DNA from: a virus
DNA length: 64,000 nt
IMG/VR virus record: IMGVR_UViG_3300028831_000395
Coordinates: 1 to 64,000 of that record
Reading direction: 5' to 3' (one strand)
The notes beneath the pieces were generated by a model. It made no database searches, was not told the DNA's origin, and saw nothing but the letters and a program-made list of their open reading frames with translations. Shown piece after piece: positions 31,372 to 40,572 of the stretch (its first letter is position 1; every line of letters starts with the position of its first letter). Made by a program: the position numbers and the translations under genes.

Positions 31372-31848
31372 TCAGGCGGTGACGCCGAGCGCCCTCTCGG
31401 CGCGCGCACGCAGCCGGTCGAGCAGCGCGGCGGCCTCGCCTTCGTTGGCGGCGAGCAGCGCGGCGAACTGCGACTCGATCACGCCGGCCTCGCCCTTGAC
31501 CTTCTCGCAGTAGATCGGCCGCAGCTTCTGGCGACCCTTCCACCCGATGATCGACTTGCCCTGCACGCGATCGCCCTCGCGGTCGGGCACGAGTTCGAGG
31601 CTGGCCTCCTCGACGGTGACGAGCAGCATGTGCTCCTTGGACGGGTCGAACAGACCGGTGTCACCAGGCGAGTGGATCTCCGACGTGCCGTTCATCGACA
31701 CGGTGATCTTGAACGTGTGGTCGCCCTTGACGAGGTTGCCGAGCTGGACATCGTCGCCCTCGAGCGTCCCGAGGGGGAACATCTCGGCGGCGGCGTCCGC
31801 CGCCTCACCTTCCGCCATCTCGCGGATCGACTGTGCGTCTTCTGACAT
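31372..31848 (-). CDS. Hypothetical protein (158 aa)
   Basis: GGAGGT before ATG 31848. Beta-rich, protein-like sequence. Confidence 0.6.
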   Translation of the reverse strand: MSEDAQSIREMAEGEAADAAAEMFPLGTLEGDDVQLGNLVKGDHTFKITVSMNGTSEIHSPGDTGLFDPSKEHMLLVTVEEASLELVPDREGDRVQGKSIIGWKGRQKLRPIYCEKVKGEAGVIESQFAALLAANEGEAAALLDRLRARAERALGVTA

Positions 31849-31983
31849 ACGACCTCCAACCGGGGAGGATTGGATTGGGTGTCCGGCCGCGTCCCCGGGG
31901 CGCGACCGGTCCGGTGTGTCTCGTAGCACGCTGCGGGCGGGGGCGGGCCCCTGATCCCCGCTTCGTGCGACGACTTCTGCCGC

Positions 31984-32511
31984 TCATGCGTCGAGCGGGT
32001 AGACGTCTGCGTCCTCGAGCAGGCAGCGCGCGGGGTGCGCGCCGGTCCCCTCGTCGATCTCGTCGGCGCACGCGAACGCGGCGGCCGGGATCAGCGAGCG
32101 CGGGATGCGCTGCACCGCGTCGGTGTGCCGGCCGTGATGCCAGCGGCACACGCCGAGGCCTATCCGCACGTCCCACCGGTAGTCGGGCGCCCACCGCTTG
32201 AGCCACTGCTGCTCGATGAGGTGGTGCGCTTGGATCCAGTCGATGTCGATCTGCCTGTCGCGGTAGGTCTGCGGGTCCGGCGGGAACCGCCGGCACATCG
32301 CGCAGCCGCCGGCGACGACGGCGCGGTGCCAGTCGCTGCTGGCTCGGCGCTCCGCCGGAGATTGGGGCGCCTGACGCGCCGTGCGGCGCTCCTGCCGGGC
32401 GATGTCCTCGGGGCGCGGGGGTTCGGCTGCCCTGCGGGCCTCGCGGCGTGCGCGGCGCTCAGCGGCCTTCTGCGGGTCGTACGTGAGCCGGCCGTTTCGC
32501 TGCAGCGTCAC
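31984..32511 (-). CDS. HNH endonuclease
   Basis: GTGA-coupled GTG. CAMC ... AHHLIEQQ ... CRWHHGRH. Confidence 0.7.
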   Translation of the reverse strand: MTLQRNGRLTYDPQKAAERRARREARRAAEPPRPEDIARQERRTARQAPQSPAERRASSDWHRAVVAGGCAMCRRFPPDPQTYRDRQIDIDWIQAHHLIEQQWLKRWAPDYRWDVRIGLGVCRWHHGRHTDAVQRIPRSLIPAAAFACADEIDEGTGAHPARCLLEDADVYPLDA

Positions 32512-33905
32512 GCCCGCGACCTCGGTCGGCGCCGCTCGGTCTCGGCGGCCGCGAGCGCCGCCGCGCGCTCGAACATCTCGACGACGTCGGCGTCGTCGAG
32601 GCCGCGCGTCACGTCGGCGTCGGGGCTGTAGTCGCGGAACGCCGTCGACACGCGCCGCTTGTAGAGCTTGCGTGGGTCGCGGCCGGCGAGCATCGCGGCG
32701 CTGACCTGCGCCTTTGTGGGCCGCTCGACGCGCTCGGTCTCGACGTACCCGAAGAACCGGTCGCGCTTGGCGTCGCGGACGCGGACCGGGCCCTCTCGGT
32801 CGGCCCACGTCCGCAGGCTCGCCTCGGTCTGCTTGACCACGCGCTTGGCTCGGATGAGCACCCCCGCGACCGTCTCGGCCTCCGCAGGCGTGTTGATCGC
32901 GCCGCCCTCGCGCGCGTCCTTGTCGACGGGGCAGTCCTGCGCGCCGGGGCAGTAGCTGCAGTGCGCGCCCGGCGACGGCTCGCCCCACTGCGCCGGCGTC
33001 GAGAGCACGCGCCGACGGATCCGGCCGCGGCGCGTGACGACGGCGGCCTCGTAGCAGCGGTCGAAGCGCTCGGCCGTCGCCGAGAAGTACCCCAGGAGGT
33101 CGGGCAGCTTGTGGCGCCAGATCGTCGCCTCGCGAGGCCTCGAGCGTCGGATGTAGAACTCGCGCAGCGTCACCGACTGCACGCCGCGGAACTGCGGCGA
33201 GAGGAAGATCAGCAGCGCGTAGAACTGCTGCTGGAAGTAGCCCTCCTGGCTGAGCGCGTCGTCGCCGTCCTCCTCGTCGTCGTCCACCTCATCCTCGGAC
33301 CCCTTCTTCGTCGGCAGCTTCCACGTGTCCTTCCAGTCGGGCACGGTCGCGTGCGCCCCAGAGGGGTCGATGAGCAGGAGGTCGAGCTGCCCGGTCAGGA
33401 CCCGCTCGACGAACCCGCCCGCACCGTCGGGGTAGCGGATCGTCGCGGCGAGGCGCTCCTCGATGCCGTACAGCTCGGCGATCGTGATCAGGTTGTCCTT
33501 CGCCCACTTGTGCAGCGTTCGGCGCGCGAGCGCGTCCTCGTGCGCTGGCAGCGCGAACGTCTCGCCGACGGGGACCTCCGCCTGCCGCAGCTCGAGATCC
33601 CAGAAGTCGATGACGGTCTCCGGCGCGATGAACTCCTGGCGCTTCTCGCGCATGTGCCGGATCGATCGGCCGAGCGTGGAGTGGATGAGCCGCCCTGCGG
33701 CCTGGCGGTGCGTCGTGTAGCCGCTGGTATGCAGCGTCTGCGTCCCGGGCCGCGTGATCGACATCCGCAGGTCGAAGCCGGCCTGCAGCTGGCAGTCGGC
33801 GAACGTCGCGAGCATCGACTGGCGCAGAACGGGGAAGTGCGCCAGGGCGATCGGGTAGGGGACGTGCGGTGTCGCCGGGGGCGCGACGAGGGCGGGGGTT
33901 GCCAC
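32508..33905 (-). CDS. PD-(D/E)XK (RecB/Cas4-like) exonuclease
   Basis: GQLDLLLID..DWKDTWK (D..D.K), QQQFYALL (QxxxY), C-terminal Cys cluster CSYCPGAQDC. Adjacent to the RecT-like gene. Confidence 0.65.
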   Translation of the reverse strand: MATPALVAPPATPHVPYPIALAHFPVLRQSMLATFADCQLQAGFDLRMSITRPGTQTLHTSGYTTHRQAAGRLIHSTLGRSIRHMREKRQEFIAPETVIDFWDLELRQAEVPVGETFALPAHEDALARRTLHKWAKDNLITIAELYGIEERLAATIRYPDGAGGFVERVLTGQLDLLLIDPSGAHATVPDWKDTWKLPTKKGSEDEVDDDEEDGDDALSQEGYFQQQFYALLIFLSPQFRGVQSVTLREFYIRRSRPREATIWRHKLPDLLGYFSATAERFDRCYEAAVVTRRGRIRRRVLSTPAQWGEPSPGAHCSYCPGAQDCPVDKDAREGGAINTPAEAETVAGVLIRAKRVVKQTEASLRTWADREGPVRVRDAKRDRFFGYVETERVERPTKAQVSAAMLAGRDPRKLYKRRVSTAFRDYSPDADVTRGLDDADVVEMFERAAALAAAETERRRPRSRA

Positions 33906-33914
33906 GCGTGCAGG

Positions 33915-35087
33915 CTACGTCGTGGCGGGCGCGTGCTCGCGCTCGTCGGCCTCGAGCGCGGCGAGCTCGGTGTCGTACTCGCGTCGCTCGGCGTCGTCGA
34001 GGCCGTCGGGGTCGAACTCCCGCAGCTGCTTGAGGCGCTTGGCGTTGGCGACGGGGTCGCGGCGGCGCGCCTGCTCGAGCTGCACGTCGTGCTCGATCTC
34101 CGCGGCGATCCGGGCGCGCGCGGCGGCGTGGATCTCCGCCGACGCCTGCGTGCCGTCCTCGGCGACCTTCGCGCTCGCCAGGTGCGCGCTCAGCTTCGCC
34201 GGCGGCCAGAGCATCACGTCGAGCGCCTGCGCCTGGCGGTAGGCGTCCAGGATGCGGGTGTCGATGTCATCCACGGGCCCCTCCTCGAAGATCGCCGGGG
34301 CGACGGGCTCGCTGAGATCCGGTAGCGGGTCGGGCCGGCGGTTCACCTCGTCGGCGCCGACCACGTCGTTGAGGCTCGTTGCGACGCGCAGCGCGTTGCA
34401 CATCGCCGCCGCGATCATGCACCCGTCGGGGTAGCGCGCGCGGACGTCGTCGGGGTCCAGCGCGGCGCGCTCCTGCTTGCTACCGAGGTAGTGCTCGACG
34501 TCGAGGACGCGGATCGTCGGCGGCTTGCCGCGCATCTCCGCGACGCACCACGCGCCGACGAGGTCGCCGCGGCTGCCGGGCATCCCGGACTCGTGCGTGA
34601 TCCCGGCGCGCTCGGCGAGCGTCGCGGCGGTCGCGTCGGGCTTGCCCTTGCGGAACAGGTCGTCCTTGAAGATCGCCCCCTCGTCGTGGCCGAGAAAATC
34701 GGTCTGGCGCTCGGCGTGGCGCAGCAGCGCCTTGAGCTTCGCGACGACCGAGTACCCGAGGCCCGCGCCGTCGCGCGATCCCTCACGCTTGAGGAACACG
34801 TCGCCGCGCAGCGGGTCGGCCTGCAGCCGGCGCCCCTCGAGCAGCAGCCGCAGCACATCCGCGGCACCGGCGTCGTCGGGGACGCACTCGGAGACGATGA
34901 GGTCGACCATCTGCTGCCCGCCGAAGTGGGCGATGAGGTCGGCGGGGATCGGCGGGTCTTGGCGGCCTTGGCTCGGGCGTCGCGGCGTGCTGCGCGACGG
35001 CGTCGCCGCGCGCTGCGTGCGGGGCTTGCGCGCCGGCGCCTTCGGCTTTGACGCGCGCTGTGCTCGAGGCTTCTCGGCCATGCTCAT
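33915..35087 (-). CDS. RecT-like single-strand annealing protein
   Basis: Core LGYSVVAKLKALLRHAERQ..GHDEGAIFKDD..ITHESG..GDLVGAWCVAEMRGK resembles the RecT family. Paired with the exonuclease. Confidence 0.55.
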   Translation of the reverse strand: MSMAEKPRAQRASKPKAPARKPRTQRAATPSRSTPRRPSQGRQDPPIPADLIAHFGGQQMVDLIVSECVPDDAGAADVLRLLLEGRRLQADPLRGDVFLKREGSRDGAGLGYSVVAKLKALLRHAERQTDFLGHDEGAIFKDDLFRKGKPDATAATLAERAGITHESGMPGSRGDLVGAWCVAEMRGKPPTIRVLDVEHYLGSKQERAALDPDDVRARYPDGCMIAAAMCNALRVATSLNDVVGADEVNRRPDPLPDLSEPVAPAIFEEGPVDDIDTRILDAYRQAQALDVMLWPPAKLSAHLASAKVAEDGTQASAEIHAAARARIAAEIEHDVQLEQARRRDPVANAKRLKQLREFDPDGLDDAERREYDTELAALEADEREHAPATT

Positions 35088-35098
35088 CCTCCGTGGTT

Positions 35099-35124
35099 GG
35101 GGTTGCCGCCTCAGACAGTAGCGC
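35099..35124 (-). promoter_or_regulatory. Conserved promoter/leader motif, copy 9
   Basis: Minus strand reads GCGCTACTGTCTGAGGCGGCAACCCC, directly upstream of GGAGGA and ATG 35087. Confidence 0.5.
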
Positions 35125-35325
35125 GGACGGAGGAGGCGACGCTACCCCTCCGCCTCGACTGTGCTCGGATTCGGGCGGAGGGGAGAAGCGGCGCGGCTGG
35201 CGAACGGAGGGCTCATCCCAAGGCAACCCCTTGCACCGACGGACAGCGTCCAGCGGCGGATGAGCGGTGTCGCCTGCTCGTCAGGGTACCGCAGCGCACC
35301 GGCGTTCAGTCGTGTGTGCGGCGCG

Positions 35326-35991
35326 TCACGTAGTGCGCGCGCGAAGGCTCGCGTAGCGCGCTCGGCGCTCGGCGACGTCCCACCCGCTCTTCCGCGCGGC
35401 CGCCCAGATCGTCTTGCGGCGCTTCATCATCACGCGGCGCAGCACCTCGCGTCGGTCGGCGCCGCGGCCGGCGCGCTTGAGCGCGTCGTACTCGCGGATC
35501 CAGCGGCGCTCGTCGTCTCGGTAGCCGGCGAGCGGGTCGGCCTGCTTGAGGAACATCGCGACCTCTCGCTGCCGGCGAAGCTGCAGGCCGCGGATGATCT
35601 GCCCGGCGCCGTTTCTGCACCACTCGAGCATCGCGTCGGCGGCCGCGTGCCACTGGCGGGCGCGCAGGGCCCGGCCGACCCTCGTGTCGGCGGCGACGGC
35701 GCCCTTGCCGCAGTTCCATATGAACGACGCGAGCGCGTCGTACATGTTTACGGTGAAGCCGTGGAGGTGAACGAACGGGTCGAGCGCGGGCGCGTAGTCG
35801 GCCGCGAAGCGCCTGCGTAGACGCGCCTCACCCTCGGCGCGGGTGATCCGCGGCGACGACGGGCCGATGCCCTTCGTCTCACCGAAGTAGGCGGTCCAGA
35901 CGGGCGGCGACGCGACGCGATCGAGGTACGGGCCCGACGACCAGCCCTCGCTCGCTTCGATCTCGCGCAGCCCGGCGGCGGAGATCATCAT
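35326..35991 (-). CDS. Endolysin, glycoside hydrolase family 24 lysozyme with basic C-terminal module
   Basis: LREIEASEGWSSGPYLDRV..VWTAYFGETKG (E/D/T catalytic pattern). C-terminal DPLAGYRDDERRWIREYD...RYASLRARTT is shared with the M15 enzyme. Confidence 0.75.
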   Translation of the reverse strand: MMISAAGLREIEASEGWSSGPYLDRVASPPVWTAYFGETKGIGPSSPRITRAEGEARLRRRFAADYAPALDPFVHLHGFTVNMYDALASFIWNCGKGAVAADTRVGRALRARQWHAAADAMLEWCRNGAGQIIRGLQLRRQREVAMFLKQADPLAGYRDDERRWIREYDALKRAGRGADRREVLRRVMMKRRKTIWAAARKSGWDVAERRARYASLRARTT

Positions 35992-36449
35992 GGTGCGCGG
36001 TCGGGGTCGACGGGGACCTGTCCGGCCTCGGGGCGCATCGGCTCGTCGGCGTCGTGAACGTCGATCCCGTCGTCGTGCGCGACCGGTGGGTCGGCGAACT
36101 CCTCCTCGTCGCTGACGAGCTCGTCGTCGGCCATGAGGTCCTCGTGCTCGGGCTCGAGGTCCGGCGTCGTGCCCGCCGGCTCGCCCGGCATCGCCAGGAC
36201 CGTCGACTCGACGCGGGCGTCCTTGGCGTTGCGGGCCGCGCGTACGCCCGTGTCGCCGGCGACGAGCGCCGTCGCGACGACTCCGCCCCACGTCATCACG
36301 TCGCCGAGCGCGGCCTGCTGCGCGGCGTTGACGGTCACGGCGTTGAAGGCCGCGAGCAGGTTGCTCACGGCCGGGACGCCGGCGACGGCGACGGCCGCGA
36401 TCTGCGCCGGCGTGAGGTCGGGTCGCTGGCCGCTGAGGATGCCCTTCAT
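35988..36449 (-). CDS. Holin-like membrane protein
   Basis: Two TMs (IAAVAVAGVPAVSNLLAAF, WGGVVATALVAG) and an acidic tail. Sits between the two lysins. Confidence 0.5.
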   Translation of the reverse strand: MKGILSGQRPDLTPAQIAAVAVAGVPAVSNLLAAFNAVTVNAAQQAALGDVMTWGGVVATALVAGDTGVRAARNAKDARVESTVLAMPGEPAGTTPDLEPEHEDLMADDELVSDEEEFADPPVAHDDGIDVHDADEPMRPEAGQVPVDPDRAP

Positions 36450-36489
36450 GTGCTGCCCCTTCCGGTCGGTGCGTGGCGGATCACATGAT

Positions 36490-37143
36490 TCATGTGGTCC
36501 TCGACTTCAGCGAGGCGTAGCGCCGGCGCCGCGTCCGCGTCCAGCCCTTCCCGTCGCCGCCTCTCGCTCGCGGCTGAGCGAGCTTGTAGATGCGCTTGCG
36601 CTGCTCGGTCATCACGCGCACGAGCGCGCGGCGCCGCGGCGGCGACGGTCCGCCGTCGTACTCGGTGATCCAGCGGCGCTCGGCCGCGGTGTAGCCGGCG
36701 AGCGGGTCCCGTCTGAGCTTGCGCAGCAGCGCGGGAGGGGTGCCCACCAGCCGGAAGTGCCACCACTCGCCGACGCGGGCGCCCTCGTCGTGGCTCCACC
36801 CGTACGCGGGCCCGTGCGTCATCAGCCAGGCGGCGGCGGCGCGCGTCTTGACGTCGACCGCGATCCCCCAGCCGTGGTTTGAGGTGTAGGGCCTGGCCGC
36901 CGGGGGCGGCTGGTGCGTCCAGAAGTGGTCCTGCGCCGCGCGCGACCGGGCGGAGCTCACCGGCCCGGCCGGCATGAAGTCGGCGGGGTGCCCGCCGGCG
37001 GAGACGTACGCGGCGCGCATCGCGTTCCACGTCAGCGCTGCCTCGGGCCACAGCCGGCCGCCGGGGATCGGGTCGGTGTTCGCGGCGGTGAAGACGCCGT
37101 TGACGGCGACGCCGAGCTGCCGGTTCGCGATGGTTACGGGCAT
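36490..37143 (-). CDS. Endolysin, peptidase M15 (VanY / DD- or LD-peptidase) with basic C-terminal module
   Basis: SNHGWGIAVD (SxHxxGxAxD) and EWWHF. C-terminus DPLAGYTAAERRWITEYD...RYASLKSRTT. Confidence 0.8.
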   Translation of the reverse strand: MPVTIANRQLGVAVNGVFTAANTDPIPGGRLWPEAALTWNAMRAAYVSAGGHPADFMPAGPVSSARSRAAQDHFWTHQPPPAARPYTSNHGWGIAVDVKTRAAAAWLMTHGPAYGWSHDEGARVGEWWHFRLVGTPPALLRKLRRDPLAGYTAAERRWITEYDGGPSPPRRRALVRVMTEQRKRIYKLAQPRARGGDGKGWTRTRRRRYASLKSRTT

Positions 37144-37147
37144 CGGG

Positions 37148-37981
37148 TTATCCGTCGACTCGGCGTGGTGTCAGCTCGAGCCATGGGTCCTGCAGCGTCC
37201 ACGCGATCGACCCGGGATTGCGCTGCTGCATCTGGACGTTCGTGTTCGCGGTGACGGTCTGGATGAGGCACTGCCCGGTCTGGCCGTCGCGGGTCGACGA
37301 CTCGCCTCCGGCGATCCAGATCGACGACGTCGCGTCGCGATCCTTGTCGGCCTGCGAGCGGGCGTCGCCGCTGAACGACGGGACGACGAGCGTCTGCTGC
37401 GTCGGGGTGCCGCTCGACGGCGTCGGGAACTTGTACCCCCACCGTGCAAGCCACTGCCCGACCCACGGGACGGTGATCTGGACGGCCGTTGATATCGCGC
37501 CGATCTGCCCGTACGACGTCGATGCGAACCCGGCGCTCGTGCCGGCCCAGCTCTGAAACCACGGGGCTGCGCCCTGCTCCTCCCACTTCAGCGTGGATGC
37601 GGCCTGGCGGTAGCGAAACCGTGACGCTGGGACCCCGGCGGCGATCATCGCGCTGGTCAGCAGGAGTACCTCGAGGCCGTCGTAGAGGTTGCTCGTCGGG
37701 AACGCCGCGACCGGGGTCTGCCTGGCGGGGATGTCGATCCAGCCGGTGCCGTAGTCGAAGAACAGCTGTCCGGTGTCCGTCGCGCGGTAGAGCCGACCGA
37801 GCTTCCCGGGCGTTCCCGGCGAGGATGTCGGAAGGCTCCCGACGCTGCCGGAGTCGACGATGGCCATCTTGCCGTCGACATCCTCGGCGAGCGCCTGGAA
37901 TCCGAGGTCGATGTCGCTTACGAGGTTCGCGCCGGTGAGCCAGCGCAGCGCGTGTTTCGCGGTCGTCGTGAAGGTCGCCAT
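37148..37981 (-). CDS. Tail fibre / receptor-binding protein candidate
   Basis: Last gene of the tail module. Beta-rich with a Gly/Ser/Thr-rich sequence. Confidence 0.5.
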   Translation of the reverse strand: MATFTTTAKHALRWLTGANLVSDIDLGFQALAEDVDGKMAIVDSGSVGSLPTSSPGTPGKLGRLYRATDTGQLFFDYGTGWIDIPARQTPVAAFPTSNLYDGLEVLLLTSAMIAAGVPASRFRYRQAASTLKWEEQGAAPWFQSWAGTSAGFASTSYGQIGAISTAVQITVPWVGQWLARWGYKFPTPSSGTPTQQTLVVPSFSGDARSQADKDRDATSSIWIAGGESSTRDGQTGQCLIQTVTANTNVQMQQRNPGSIAWTLQDPWLELTPRRVDG

Positions 37982-37993
37982 GTGATCCCTCCC

Positions 37994-38596
37994 CTAGGTG
38001 ATGTCCGCGAGCGTCGCGGCGTTGATCGTGCTTGCGGAGGCGTTGATCGTGCGCGTGCCCTCGTCGATCAACGCGGCGTCTGACACGACGTGCGTCAGGA
38101 TGTCGCCGCCGACCTTCTGCGACATGAGCGCGGCGAGCGTCGCGGCAGGATCCGGCGTCTCGGCCGTGCGGGTGATGACGGTCAGCGTCCACGCGCTAGT
38201 GGTGCGCTCGAGGATGCGGACGGATGGCGGGCTCCCCGTCATCGTCGCCTCGGCGGCGGCGCGCATGCTCGCGGGCCGGCAGCGCGCCTCCCCCGATCGC
38301 ATGCGGATCTCGTCGCGCTGCTGCGCCTCGGTGATGCCTCGCGTGAGCTGCACGCCGGGGATCTGCGCGAGCCACGGCAGCGCGTTCGCGGGCGCCGTGT
38401 CGACGTCCACGAGCACCGCCCAGCCGGGTCGGCCGTCGCGGTCCTCGGCGAGGTCGGCGATCTCCTGCCACATCCGGCCGATCGCCTCGCAGAGCGTCGC
38501 GAGGGCGTAGTCGTTGAGCTCGTCGGCGTAGGCGAGCGCGTGGTTCGCGTCGTAGAGCTCCGCGCCGACGCTGCCTAGCGGGGGGACCGGGCTCAC
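37994..38596 (-). CDS. Baseplate / tail protein (P2 gpI- or Mu gp48-like position)
   Basis: GTGA-coupled GTG directly after the baseplate J gene. Confidence 0.5.
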   Translation of the reverse strand: MSPVPPLGSVGAELYDANHALAYADELNDYALATLCEAIGRMWQEIADLAEDRDGRPGWAVLVDVDTAPANALPWLAQIPGVQLTRGITEAQQRDEIRMRSGEARCRPASMRAAAEATMTGSPPSVRILERTTSAWTLTVITRTAETPDPAATLAALMSQKVGGDILTHVVSDAALIDEGTRTINASASTINAATLADIT

Positions 38597-39984
38597 GTGC
38601 CTACCGCCGTCAGCGTGCCCGGGCGCGTGAGCGGCGCCGGGCCCAGGAGCGCGACGTCCTCGGCCTGCAGGCTGCGGACCGTCCCGGCCGTGAGGTCCGT
38701 CGTGATGTTGATCGCCGCGCCGCCGGCCGTGGCGGCGACCTTGAACGTGTTGGTCGTGATGTCGCGCGCGAAGTACGTCGTGCCGGCGACGAGCGGCGCG
38801 CCGCCGGTGATCGCGGCGAACACGACGGGGTCGTCCAGGACGTAGCCGTGCGCGGTCGACGTGAGCACGTCCGTCGCGGCGACGCCGGTCACCTGCCGCA
38901 CGCGAGCGAGCGTCAGCGACGTGATCTCGTCGAGCCCCTCGACGCGATCCAGGACCGCCGCGACCTCGAGGTAGCGCACGTGCGTCTTGAGGACCCACGA
39001 CGGCTCGTCGGCGTTGTACGGGGTGCTGAACGTCGCGGGCGACAGGTACGACGCGAGCGCGGCGAGCGCGGCCACCTCGACGCCGTCGGGGTCGAACCCG
39101 GTGTGCACGGTGAACGCCGCGGCGACGTCGATCGTCGTGTAGCTGGCGTCGATGACCGGGGCGACGGAGTTCAGCAGGCGCTTGGACTCGAGCAGCGTCT
39201 GCGCCGCGGTCTTCACGGCGCCGGCGACGGGCTCGCCGTTGGCGTCGGCGACCGCGACGGTGACGTACTTCTCGTTGTTCGACGTGCCGGCGACGGGGTC
39301 GTAGCCGTCCAGCGCGAGCGCCCGGTCGATGCCTGACACGGTCGCGAGCAGCAGCGCGGCGGAGTCAGCGGCGCGCGTCGGCGACGTGTGCGCGAGCTCG
39401 CGCAGCGCGACCCACCGGGCGAGGTACTCGTCGTCGGTCTCGCCGTCGATCCCTCCCGTCGTCGCGGCCGTCAGCGCGACGGTAGCGATCCACGACAGCG
39501 CCTCGGCGGGCTCGACCTCGGCGGTGATGGCGATGCCCGATCCAGCCGCGCCCGGCGTCTCGGCGACGAGTCCGAGCGCTCCGGCGGCCGTCGTCGTGGA
39601 TCCAACCGGGATCGTGACGGTGGACGTGGCGAGGAACACCTCGCCCTCGTCGCCGGTGCGGTGAATCAGGAACCGGGTGCCCTCGGGGATCGCGTAGCCG
39701 GCGTTGTCCAGCGCGGTGACCGTCGCCGTCGTCTGCGCCGACGTGGCGTTGATCGCCGCGAGCCCGTCGACCCATCGGCCGATGTACCGGATGATCGAGG
39801 TCGGCACGTCGGACGCGGTGTCGCGGCCCTCGGCGATGATCCGCGCGCACCCCGCGATGATCTGCGACGACTGATCGCCGCGCGCCCGGTTCCACCCCGG
39901 GACCGCCGACTCCATGTAGTCGAACCCGATCGCCTCGAGGTCGGCGGGGTCGGTCTTGATCGGGACGGTGATCGGCTCAGGCAC
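38593..39984 (-). CDS. Baseplate J-like protein
   Basis: TGGIDGETDDEYLARW motif and size are typical of the gpJ / Mu gp47 family. Confidence 0.75.
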   Translation of the reverse strand: MPEPITVPIKTDPADLEAIGFDYMESAVPGWNRARGDQSSQIIAGCARIIAEGRDTASDVPTSIIRYIGRWVDGLAAINATSAQTTATVTALDNAGYAIPEGTRFLIHRTGDEGEVFLATSTVTIPVGSTTTAAGALGLVAETPGAAGSGIAITAEVEPAEALSWIATVALTAATTGGIDGETDDEYLARWVALRELAHTSPTRAADSAALLLATVSGIDRALALDGYDPVAGTSNNEKYVTVAVADANGEPVAGAVKTAAQTLLESKRLLNSVAPVIDASYTTIDVAAAFTVHTGFDPDGVEVAALAALASYLSPATFSTPYNADEPSWVLKTHVRYLEVAAVLDRVEGLDEITSLTLARVRQVTGVAATDVLTSTAHGYVLDDPVVFAAITGGAPLVAGTTYFARDITTNTFKVAATAGGAAINITTDLTAGTVRSLQAEDVALLGPAPLTRPGTLTAVGT

Positions 39985-40183
39985 CGAGCCTCGCTCTCAG
40001 CCGCGCGATCTCGGCGTGCGCCTCGGCGAGCTCGGCCTCGAGGGATTCGTAGTCCGTCGCCAGGACCCCGGTGTGCAGCGTGGGGTGCGGCGGCTCAGGA
40101 GCCGGGCCGCGAGGCTCGGTCGGCGCGGGGTAGCCGCCCGGCGCCTGGATCAGGACGATGTAGCGTCGCGCCGGCTCGCGCAC
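39977..40183 (-). CDS. Small hypothetical baseplate-module protein (68 aa)
   Basis: Coupled. Coiled-coil tail ESLEAELAEAHAEIARLRARL. Confidence 0.45.
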   Translation of the reverse strand: MREPARRYIVLIQAPGGYPAPTEPRGPAPEPPHPTLHTGVLATDYESLEAELAEAHAEIARLRARLGA

Positions 40184-40524
40184 TACGTCGGCTCCTCGAC
40201 GGCGACGCGGATGTCGTCGCGGGAGCTTGGCAGGCGAAACCCGAGCGGTTCGGGTCGTCCCGGCGTGGCGCGCGTGAGCGTGACAGCGATGTCAGGCTCG
40301 GACTGCTCGATCGCGGCGGCGAGCACGTCGAGGTCGGCGCGGACGACGCGCAGGACCTCGGAGGGGATCCCGAACGTCGGGTCGTCGAGGCGGTCGCCGA
40401 GCAGCGTGCGGCACGTCACGTGGATGCGGTCGCGCATGTGGTCGGCTGAGTCCTGCTGCACCTCGACGGCGACGCCGTCCACGAAGCGCAGCGGGAACGC
40501 GAGGTGCGGGATCGGGTCAGCCAT
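40183..40524 (-). CDS. GPW/gp25-like baseplate wedge protein
   Basis: Size (113 aa), position and the N-terminal PHLAFPLRF pattern. Confidence 0.5.
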   Translation of the reverse strand: MADPIPHLAFPLRFVDGVAVEVQQDSADHMRDRIHVTCRTLLGDRLDDPTFGIPSEVLRVVRADLDVLAAAIEQSEPDIAVTLTRATPGRPEPLGFRLPSSRDDIRVAVEEPT

Positions 40525-40572
40525 CGGTGCCTAGATGATCCCGATGTCGATCGGGCTTACGCCCATCCACGC

